From the IMG/VR virus record IMGVR_UViG_3300043410_001892, positions 186,001 through 250,000 of that record: 64,000 nt of DNA, one strand, 5' to 3'. The position numbers were made by a program, and so were the translations under genes. Below the pieces are notes generated by a model, which had not been told where the DNA came from, did no database searches, and was given only the letters and a program-made list of their open reading frames with translations. Shown in pieces: positions 1 through 7,424 of the stretch (positions are counted from its first letter, which is position 1; every line of letters starts with the position of its first letter).

Positions 1-9
1 TAAGCGTAT

Positions 10-38
10 ATTATAAAGTAATGTTTATTTTTTGTCAA
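10..38 (-). promoter_or_regulatory. consensus sigma70-type promoter pointing out of the window
   Basis: TTGACA-N17-TATAAT on the minus strand (-35 at 38..33, -10 at 15..10). Confidence 0.8.
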
Positions 39-180
39 GTAATTTTAGCTCATCTTCTAAGTATTCAATGTATTCAGTTAGACCTGATATCATCTTTGAA
101 TTACCTGAACTTTGATGTTTAGCTAGATCTGATTTTACTTGATTGATTTTTTCTTTCAACTCTTCTTTAGTTAAGCTCAT
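25..180 (-). CDS. small coiled-coil hypothetical protein (51 aa, MSLTKEELKEKINQVKSDL...), below the ORF-track cutoff
   Basis: Manual translation; ATG overlaps the TGA of the upstream ORF (ATGA coupling). Confidence 0.6.
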   Translation of the reverse strand: MSLTKEELKEKINQVKSDLAKHQSSGNSKMISGLTEYIEYLEDELKLLDKK

Positions 181-455
181 TTTAATTCCGTCCTTGCTAA
201 TTCTAAAAACATTTGATATTTTTCGTAGGCTTGTTTGACAGCTGGAACTTTTTCTCTAACAAACATATCTTCGTAATATGTTTTATTCCATTCTTCACAT
301 TTTTCAGCTTTCACTATTAACTCTTCAAAACTTCGTTGGTTTATCTTAACAGTTAGTAGTTGCTCATATCGATAATCATTGGCACTTATATAGTGTTGAT
401 CTAAACAAACTTCCCTAATTCCATATTTTCCAAATTTTTCAACTATATTAGACAT
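177..455 (-). CDS. hypothetical protein (probable start MSNIVEK at 455)
   Basis: TAATG stop/start overlap with the PRTase gene; C-terminal PAVKQAYEKY motif. Confidence 0.6.
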   Translation of the reverse strand: MSNIVEKFGKYGIREVCLDQHYISANDYRYEQLLTVKINQRSFEELIVKAEKCEEWNKTYYEDMFVREKVPAVKQAYEKYQMFLELARTELK

Positions 456-949
456 TATTTCTTCCAAAAGTCTTCCCAGGGAAACACAATCCAAGTATCT
501 TCTTCACGTTTGTCAATTTCTTCAACAGCAAAGTCAACTTCTACTGTACTACCTAAATTATTAAAGATTGTAGCAAACTTAACATTTTCATGCCAAACAT
601 TATCGGCCCATCTTGGATCAGTTGGTATACAATTTGATTGCCAATCTTGCATAATCCAGTTAAATGTTTCACCTGAATCGTTTATATCATCAACAATTAA
701 GATATTTTCAGATTCAAATGCATCGTTAGCTAACCAACAGTTAGATTCAGTATATACATGGTCACGTAAACTAACGTGTATTACGTACATCTTAATTCCT
801 AAGTATTGACTTAACATATTGGCGGGTGTAACCCCGCCTCTACTAATACCAATAATATATTCTGGAGTCCAACCGCTGGCATTAATTTGACGAGCAAGTT
901 CTAAAACTGCACCTTCAAGTTGTTGCCAAGAGTAATGTACTTTTTTCAT
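455..949 (-). CDS. type I phosphoribosyltransferase (xanthine/guanine PRT-like)
   Basis: IIGISRGG loop, PRPP-binding ILIVDDINDSGETF, C-terminal WIVFPWE as in Gpt-like enzymes. Confidence 0.85.
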   Translation of the reverse strand: MKKVHYSWQQLEGAVLELARQINASGWTPEYIIGISRGGVTPANMLSQYLGIKMYVIHVSLRDHVYTESNCWLANDAFESENILIVDDINDSGETFNWIMQDWQSNCIPTDPRWADNVWHENVKFATIFNNLGSTVEVDFAVEEIDKREEDTWIVFPWEDFWKK

Positions 950-1401
950 TCTGGTTCCTTTGGTAATAAGCTATCTGCATAGCAAACTGAGTAAACTAAT
1001 TTTAGATTTTCGTATGCTTTATCTAAACCTGGGTATTCTTCACATAGTTTTCTAAAAGCATTCCATTCTGGAAACTTATCTACAAAATCTGTTCCATAAC
1101 TTGGACTAACCGGACTCCAACCTCCGCCAGTTCCGGTATACACGTAATTTGAATTATTAGTAGTATTATAAAACATTGAACCAGTGTACGATCCACTAAA
1201 GGTAGAACCAGTGTAAGGACCATTAGTGTTGTTACTAATAGTAATAGTATCACCAGCACTCATTGACGATGATATACCATAACTACCAGTTACACTCATA
1301 CCAGTTAAATAAGATGACAACGTGTCTGTTGTAAATGCTGGAATAGAAGTTGTACTGTATAATGATTCTGGAAGTGTAATTGTATCAATTGAATTTGTCA
1401 T
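946..1401 (-). CDS. hypothetical protein with a Ser/Thr-rich N-terminus
   Basis: ORF track; likely start MTNSID; C-terminal YPGLDKAYENLK motif. Confidence 0.55.
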   Translation of the reverse strand: MTNSIDTITLPESLYSTTSIPAFTTDTLSSYLTGMSVTGSYGISSSMSAGDTITISNNTNGPYTGSTFSGSYTGSMFYNTTNNSNYVYTGTGGGWSPVSPSYGTDFVDKFPEWNAFRKLCEEYPGLDKAYENLKLVYSVCYADSLLPKEPE

Positions 1402-2485
1402 ATAATTTCTCTGCATTAAAAAATGCCTTGGTTAAATAATCAGCTTGTTGCTGAATATATGTTTTCATTGAATCGTAATTTTCAATATAATCGATAATTT
1501 TGTTACATAACTCAAAACTATGATCCTCATATGCTTTAAAGTCTTCTGTCCATTCTGATGGATATTTAAAATGGAACTTATACATTTCTTTATAGCTTAA
1601 TCTATCTGGTACCATAGGTATAGCATCAAGCATTACTCCTTCATAACAGCTAATACCAAGTGTTTCTTGTAAGTTTGCACTAAACACAATCTTTGCTTCG
1701 CTTAATAATGTATGATATTCATCTTTAGTTAGTTTTTCATCTTGGCAAACTACAAAATCGTATTGTGGCATTTGCTTTGCTATTGCTCTAAATATTTCAA
1801 CTTGTTTCTCTGGAGCAATACGATGTGGAAAAACAATCAAATCACGTTTTTCTTTATTTTTAAAAGGAGCTAATGTGTCTGTTAAGTATTCCATTGGCCA
1901 GCCAGTACGTACAATACTACCATCGTCATATACTTCATCCCAGTCTTCGTCGTACCATGGATTTTCACTAGGATATCCACTATTGATAACTTTGTCAAAG
2001 AACATTTTAACATGGAATTCTGTAGCAAAGTAATTATGAGTAAATGCAGTGTATAATGCTCGTTCGGTATGTTTAACCCAAGCATCTTTGATAGCACCTA
2101 AGAAGTCATGTTCATCGTAATTACCAGCATGCCATAGTCCATGAAATTGCCAATTAAACCCCATTAAGTCATTGATGTATTTTAATTGAAGTATTGAAGT
2201 ATTCCAAGCATCTGTAAATAAGAAATGATCGTCAGGTGTTGTTTTGCCTTCAAATTGCTTTAATAAGAATGTACATAATTGTGAACTTTTCCAGTAGTTA
2301 GTATCTACAAAGTTTAAGAATGCGCCTTGTGTGACTTCTGTTGATTGACGATAACCATCTATTTGGCAAATATTAAATTTATCATTAAGATTGTCTTGTA
2401 GTTGCTGAGGTATATGAGTATGCCATTGACCAGTATAACGTGTGTCTAAAGGTTCTACAGGAAATATCCATATTGTAGGTTTCAT
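1385..2485 (-). CDS. GT-B fold glycosyltransferase
   Basis: FPHRIAPEKQ, ANLQETLGISCYEG and PMVPDRLSYKEMY match the GT4-like donor-binding region; likely start MKPTIW at 2485. Confidence 0.8.
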   Translation of the reverse strand: MKPTIWIFPVEPLDTRYTGQWHTHIPQQLQDNLNDKFNICQIDGYRQSTEVTQGAFLNFVDTNYWKSSQLCTFLLKQFEGKTTPDDHFLFTDAWNTSILQLKYINDLMGFNWQFHGLWHAGNYDEHDFLGAIKDAWVKHTERALYTAFTHNYFATEFHVKMFFDKVINSGYPSENPWYDEDWDEVYDDGSIVRTGWPMEYLTDTLAPFKNKEKRDLIVFPHRIAPEKQVEIFRAIAKQMPQYDFVVCQDEKLTKDEYHTLLSEAKIVFSANLQETLGISCYEGVMLDAIPMVPDRLSYKEMYKFHFKYPSEWTEDFKAYEDHSFELCNKIIDYIENYDSMKTYIQQQADYLTKAFFNAEKLYDKFN

Positions 2486-2504
2486 AATGTATTCCAAGTA
2501 ATTG

Positions 2505-2529
2505 AAAGAAAGCCCCAATTGGAGCTTTC
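2505..2529 (-). terminator. possible intrinsic terminator
   Basis: GAAAGCTCC-AATT-GGGGCTTTC hairpin followed by a short T run. Confidence 0.45.
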
Positions 2530-2545
2530 AAGTTAAAGAGGTTGA

Positions 2546-2794
2546 TTAAGATTTTTTAAAGTTTTTTGGTCTAACGCCGTTAGGCCATGGTTTATTACCT
2601 TGATAAGGTTTACGTGGGCGTTTGCTTGCTAAATACGCACCGTATGATTTAGTGTCCTTGCGATATAAATCTGCTGGATCAAACTTACGCATTTCAATTC
2701 TACAAAAATCATGAAATGCTTCGAGATCTTCAAAGATCTTAACAACATCAGGACGTGATTCAAAGTATGAGAATGATTTGTAATTTTTAGCCAT
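2546..2794 (-). CDS. hypothetical basic protein
   Basis: ORF track, in operon order. Confidence 0.6.
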   Translation of the reverse strand: MAKNYKSFSYFESRPDVVKIFEDLEAFHDFCRIEMRKFDPADLYRKDTKSYGAYLASKRPRKPYQGNKPWPNGVRPKNFKKS

Positions 2795-2795
2795 T

Positions 2796-3005
2796 TTATT
2801 TTTTTCCGTTTCTTAATATAGTTGTATGGGTACGAAGTGAAAGTAATGTTTTTAATTCGTGCAATTCACATCTTAGTTTTGCTATTTTTGGATCGTTTTT
2901 TTTAGTATTATTGATGTAATAATATTTTTGTTCAAACAGTTTTATCTCTTGACGCTTTTGCTCAATCTTTTTTTGTAGCATTGTTTTAGATATATAATGT
3001 TTCAT
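2796..3005 (-). CDS. hypothetical protein
   Basis: ORF track; ATGA overlap with the upstream gene. Confidence 0.45.
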   Translation of the reverse strand: MKHYISKTMLQKKIEQKRQEIKLFEQKYYYINNTKKNDPKIAKLRCELHELKTLLSLRTHTTILRNGKK

Positions 3006-3364
3006 GAATATTTAATAAATGAACCATTTTCATTATCTTCAGATATTTCAATCCAAATCTCTCTATCTGAATATTTCTGTGAAATAGTTTGATGTAACTC
3101 ATTACTAATCATTTCACAGCTCTTATTATCTAGTGATAGTATAGCATCACTATACAATAAAGTCAACCAACGTTTAAATTGGATAAACTCAATATCTCTG
3201 TCAGCGTGTGTAACTTCAATCCAAACTTTAAAATGAAATATATGTCTATGTGGATATCCTAAGAACTCTACATCCTCTAATTTTGGATCAGTTAGAGCAG
3301 CAGGATAACAGTGTATTCCTTCTTTTGAAAATGTGACAAAAATAAATTTGCTAGTTGTTTCCAT
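3002..3364 (-). CDS. QueD-like T-fold protein, DpdL-like (putative 7-carboxy-7-deazaguanine decarboxylase)
   Basis: LGYPHRHIF fits the LxxxHRHxF signature I recall for DpdL; SCEMIS and EISEDNENG resemble the QueD C-terminal motifs; next to the TGT-like gene. Confidence 0.65.
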   Translation of the reverse strand: METTSKFIFVTFSKEGIHCYPAALTDPKLEDVEFLGYPHRHIFHFKVWIEVTHADRDIEFIQFKRWLTLLYSDAILSLDNKSCEMISNELHQTISQKYSDREIWIEISEDNENGSFIKYS

Positions 3365-4034
3365 GTTTTTTCTTATTTTGATGTGCTAAAAGTCTAGCCT
3401 CTGACCAAGGTTTGCCTTTCTCAGGGCCGGTTTTTTTTTGTGATTCTGCGGCTAAAATTCGTGCTTCAGACCACGGTTTACCTTTTAATGATTTACTTAT
3501 TTTTTCTTTATGAATATCAGTTAACATTACACCTGTTTTTGATTTACTAATTTTTAATTTAGTTTCATTACGATGTAACTTCCCCTCCATACCTGATTTA
3601 AGAGTTCCATTTTTAATTTTAGTTTCAATAATTTTCCGTTTAGTGTCAGCTGGCAATTTTTTACCTAAATGCGATTTTGATAAGTTTTTTCGATGCTCTT
3701 CACTCTTAACTCTATTCTTCCACGATGGCGGTTTGTTATCTAAACAAATGTTCGTTAATATGCCATTTTCTTCAAATCCAATTCTGCCGTATTTAAGAAT
3801 TTCTTCAGTTTCTAATTTGTAAGCGTCGTCTTCATTAATGATATTATCTATAACTTTTTTGATTATAGGAGGCATATTATGTTGAATTAAAAATTGTATG
3901 CGATAAAACTTATGACGATTTAACGTATTTTCTGCTGTTTCGGTTAAATGATCAAAACATCTGTTGGCTGTTCCTTTACCTATATAAAATGGTAAGTTAT
4001 CTCTAGGATCTATATAATGATAAATGTAATACAT
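3351..4034 (-). mobile_element. free-standing GIY-YIG homing endonuclease gene with NUMOD3-like repeats
   Basis: YIYHYIDPR...FYIGKG..R, conserved E and LTN; repeats SEEHRKNLSKSHLGKK, ETKLKISKSKTG, HKEKISKSLKGK; AGGAG RBS. Confidence 0.85.
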
Positions 4035-4051
4035 GGTATTCTCCTTGTAGT

Positions 4052-4090
4052 TTATTTATCAAACGTTACCCATATCATTTGCTGTTTCAT
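4052..4090 (-). pseudogene. 12-codon remnant (MKQQMIWVTFDK*) of the original 5' end of the DpdL-like gene
   Basis: MIWVTF aligns with FIFVTF at the N-terminus of 3002..3364; starts 2 nt after the upstream stop. Confidence 0.6.
4053..4060 (-). promoter_or_regulatory. T4-like late promoter motif upstream of the endonuclease
   Basis: GATAAATA about 20 nt upstream of the ATG. Confidence 0.5.
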
Positions 4091-4092
4091 AT

Positions 4093-4620
4093 TTAACTCT
4101 TTAATGTATCGTTGTTGTAAGCATCCCAACCTGTAAACATATTAGGATTTTGTAATGTCTGTAAACTATGTGTCCAAATACCTGGATTAGTTGCATTAAA
4201 TGTAACATCATCGAGTTTAATCATAGTATTAGTATTCCATTTGTGTATATTTGCAATTGGCATTCTAATTTGTGGAATAAACTTTTCATATGAGCATAGC
4301 TCAGTTTTTACATTAAAGTCATTTAATACAGTATATGGAATATCTAATGAACAAGTTTTACCTGTTTTTAAAAAATACTCAATAGTATGAGCCCAAGACA
4401 TCCATGATCCGGCATTTTGTGGATTAAAGCTATGGTTTGCACCAAAGAATATATGATCTACATCGTCTTCAAGATATATCTCAATTGCTTCTATGGTTTG
4501 AATACCTACTACAAACAGTGTTTTCATACCGTATGCAGGTGTATGTTCTACTTCATTGCCTGTAAAAAACTTTACAGGCGTTGTAATTTCGTTTTTATAT
4601 GGTCTTATCATTTTTAACAC
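4093..4620 (-). CDS. hypothetical protein in the deazaguanine cluster
   Basis: ORF overlaps the end of the TGT-like gene; FTGNEVEHTP and HIFFGANHSF motifs; function unknown. Confidence 0.65.
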   Translation of the reverse strand: MLKMIRPYKNEITTPVKFFTGNEVEHTPAYGMKTLFVVGIQTIEAIEIYLEDDVDHIFFGANHSFNPQNAGSWMSWAHTIEYFLKTGKTCSLDIPYTVLNDFNVKTELCSYEKFIPQIRMPIANIHKWNTNTMIKLDDVTFNATNPGIWTHSLQTLQNPNMFTGWDAYNNDTLKS

Positions 4621-6253
4621 TTTCTTCTAAGTTAGTTAATACTTCTATTTGTTTTTCGGTAAACTCTTCAGAATCAACATCATCTTCGTTATCACCGAAG
4701 TCAAAATATTTATTCAATATTGTTTGATGGTTATAAATTTTAAGTCCGGTATTTCCTCTAGTACCAGGAATTGTCATCCATAGTCTATCGTATTTTTCAA
4801 TTATATCTAAAGATTCTTGTTTGTTCTTAGTTGCAAATATTGAATCAATTAGATCACGTACAATAATTGTATCATGAACTTCTTTTATTAGCATATTTGG
4901 AAATACATTATTGTCGTATGCTTGATTTGCCTCTTGTACAGCATTCACATGGCTCCAAACATTGTGACCCATTAAAATTGCATAACTAAAACTATCCCAA
5001 CTTGTTCTACCAACTTTGTTAACTTTATTAACATCGCCAAGTGTAATCCAATACTTAGGATCATTTAAGTATTTAGGGTCTTTAAATAACGCTACATGGT
5101 CAATATTATCAGCATTGACTTCTGTCCAATTAGGAACACCTTGTTTATAAATGCAAATATCTTTAATTTCTACTTGATCAATAATTGGACTAGATTTAAA
5201 TACATTAAAGATTTTATCTTGAATAACTGCATCTTTAAATAATCTAGTATCCGTTGAATATTTTTTATCATCAACGCTTGGAACCATTCGATAAACCCAT
5301 TTAGATCTATCTGTTAGTTCAGTATTGATGTATACTTGTCCATTTGCTGTAGCTAAAAACGGACTAGCACAATCATAACTAATTGTAAAGTTAGGATTAT
5401 GATATTTTCGTACTGCTCGTTGAATATCAGTTAGCAAACAAGCCCATTCGAGCTTGCTTGTTCCTAAAAAGTGCATCCAGTCTTGTTTTCCTTGTTCTAA
5501 TAAACCGTCATGTATAATAGTAATAAGTCTTCTAAGAACTAAGGATAAATCGCACATATTCTGACCACCCATTGCCCATCCATTAAATGCTTTATCGCCA
5601 TAGATGTTAGGATCACAATATTTTTTCATACGATCATACCAATCATTTGCATCATCGTGTGTTTCGCCTTGCAGTACATTAAGGAATTTACATTTACCAG
5701 TTCTATTTTGGATAAAGTATTCATTATTGATATCTGTACCTGCTACTGCATCAGCATATGAGTTAACACCTGTTGCCTTACGCCCAGCCGGGCTACGTGC
5801 TACCCAAGCCGGAATATCAAGACACATGCCATAATCCATTAGCTCATCCATCCAACGCAATACTTGTTCACGTTTCTTTTGTGCTTTAGGACAATTAGGA
5901 TTTTTCCAATCAGCTGGCCAGACACCTTTACCAATTTGGAATCCTCCTGAGTCGCCTAATACAAAACTTGTAGTTCTATCTCTGTTACGAAACATGTCTT
6001 CACTATCGTCAAACTTGTCTAAATCTAAGTTTGCATGTCCAGCTGAATACAAGCACCATTTATAATAAAATTGCCCTTTCTCTGGTTCCAAGTAGTTAAG
6101 ACTTTCTACACCTGCAGAAAAAGATGCAGGAATTCTTGCTGGATCTACATACTGATTATATCTCTGTTTTCCAATAAACGTAGCATAAAAGCCCGACGTT
6201 GCTGGTAGAAACACAGCGTAATCATTCTGTGTTGCTGTTAGGTTCCTGTTCAT
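4595..6253 (-). CDS. tRNA-guanine transglycosylase-family protein, DpdA-like (7-deazaguanine insertion into DNA)
   Basis: TGT motifs in the expected order: LGDSGGFQ, MCLDIP, NVLQG, AMGG, MHFLG, SYDCASP, GHN; located next to the replication genes and the DpdL-like gene. Confidence 0.8.
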   Translation of the reverse strand: MNRNLTATQNDYAVFLPATSGFYATFIGKQRYNQYVDPARIPASFSAGVESLNYLEPEKGQFYYKWCLYSAGHANLDLDKFDDSEDMFRNRDRTTSFVLGDSGGFQIGKGVWPADWKNPNCPKAQKKREQVLRWMDELMDYGMCLDIPAWVARSPAGRKATGVNSYADAVAGTDINNEYFIQNRTGKCKFLNVLQGETHDDANDWYDRMKKYCDPNIYGDKAFNGWAMGGQNMCDLSLVLRRLITIIHDGLLEQGKQDWMHFLGTSKLEWACLLTDIQRAVRKYHNPNFTISYDCASPFLATANGQVYINTELTDRSKWVYRMVPSVDDKKYSTDTRLFKDAVIQDKIFNVFKSSPIIDQVEIKDICIYKQGVPNWTEVNADNIDHVALFKDPKYLNDPKYWITLGDVNKVNKVGRTSWDSFSYAILMGHNVWSHVNAVQEANQAYDNNVFPNMLIKEVHDTIIVRDLIDSIFATKNKQESLDIIEKYDRLWMTIPGTRGNTGLKIYNHQTILNKYFDFGDNEDDVDSEEFTEKQIEVLTNLEESVKNDKTI

Positions 6254-6632
6254 CTTTTTCCTGTGTTAGTTTTTTAATTTCGTTTTCTAAAACTGTGATT
6301 TTGTTTTGTAATTCTTTTACAAGATAATGCTCTGTAACATTATTAGTACTTCTAGCATCAATTTGATTATTTAACCAAGTATTATAGATGTAATTTGTCG
6401 CCGGATTGCGCTGAAATTGTTCTAAGGTATAGATTTTTGACCTTACTTCATCTATTTGCCATTTTATATTTTGAAAGTCGTTATAAAAACTCTCAAATGG
6501 TCCAAATGCGCCAGTTGTTTGATCTAAACTGGCTAATACTGCTATTTTATTGTATGATTCTCTAATAGAATCATTATCAGAAGTATAAATTACATCTAAT
6601 AGTTTTAATGCTTTTCTAAAATCAGTAATCAT
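6222..6632 (-). CDS. hypothetical coiled-coil protein
   Basis: ORF track. Confidence 0.55.
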   Translation of the reverse strand: MITDFRKALKLLDVIYTSDNDSIRESYNKIAVLASLDQTTGAFGPFESFYNDFQNIKWQIDEVRSKIYTLEQFQRNPATNYIYNTWLNNQIDARSTNNVTEHYLVKELQNKITVLENEIKKLTQEKDEQEPNSNTE

Positions 6633-7369
6633 TTTGTTTGTGCAGGTAATGTATAAGTGTAAACTGAAACGCCACTTTCAACTACAATTTGAAGCATTCC
6701 CATATCTGATATTTTCATAGTAATATTGCCATCAAGATTTAAAATACTTAATACTTGAGGAATTGACCATGCAAACGTATTTTTTAATCCAACTGGAACA
6801 TTTGGTTGAAATACTAAAGAACCTGCATGTGAGTTTGCATCACCAAACTTAAATATAAGGTTGTTATTTTCTGTTGTTACTTGAAAGAACGTTTCTTCAG
6901 TATGTGCAGCAGCTTGAAACTTTAATTTTGTTATACTTGCTGACGACGGAGTAAATTCAATGTCATATGATATCTGTACTTTATTTTTTGGTGTTTTTAC
7001 TTTTTCTTCAATAATAGATCGATTCATAAATCGATAATGATTTTGAAAATCGCCTGATGCATTATTAAAGTGTAACCCAGTTGGAGTAGGTTCACCATCT
7101 CTTGCTTCTAATGTCAATGTAATAACTGCATCTTTTTTGTATTCTGGACATTTAAGATGTAGATCTAGTTTGTTTAAGTTTGGAAAACCAAATACAAACC
7201 CTTCATGTAGTCCGTATACTAGACCGTTTGTTTTACCACTCATAAGTACTGATCTATCTTCAGACTGTGATTCGACTTCAATATAGTCTGCATGGGTTGT
7301 AATTTTAGCTAAAGGTAAAAAACCTAATGAATTTGTATGTGCTACAACGTCTTGTAAAAATGATTTCAT
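6629..7369 (-). CDS. putative DNA polymerase sliding clamp (gp45-like)
   Basis: 246 aa alpha/beta protein directly downstream of polB, with a clamp-like size and C-terminus; a clamp loader is present in the window. Confidence 0.55.
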   Translation of the reverse strand: MKSFLQDVVAHTNSLGFLPLAKITTHADYIEVESQSEDRSVLMSGKTNGLVYGLHEGFVFGFPNLNKLDLHLKCPEYKKDAVITLTLEARDGEPTPTGLHFNNASGDFQNHYRFMNRSIIEEKVKTPKNKVQISYDIEFTPSSASITKLKFQAAAHTEETFFQVTTENNNLIFKFGDANSHAGSLVFQPNVPVGLKNTFAWSIPQVLSILNLDGNITMKISDMGMLQIVVESGVSVYTYTLPAQTK

Positions 7370-7388
7370 GTTATTCTCCTAGTGTTTT

Positions 7389-7417
7389 ATTATAATATAG
7401 TTTGTTCAGTAAGTCAA
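7389..7417 (-). promoter_or_regulatory. sigma70-type promoter
   Basis: TTGACT-N17-TATAAT followed by an AGGAG RBS. Confidence 0.75.
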
Positions 7418-7424
7418 GTTTATT

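Noticed and set aside
3351-4090. Group I intron carrying the GIY-YIG endonuclease
   Set aside because: Only about 25 nt flank the endonuclease ORF, with no room for or sign of a ribozyme core, and the downstream gene has its own start duplicating the stub.
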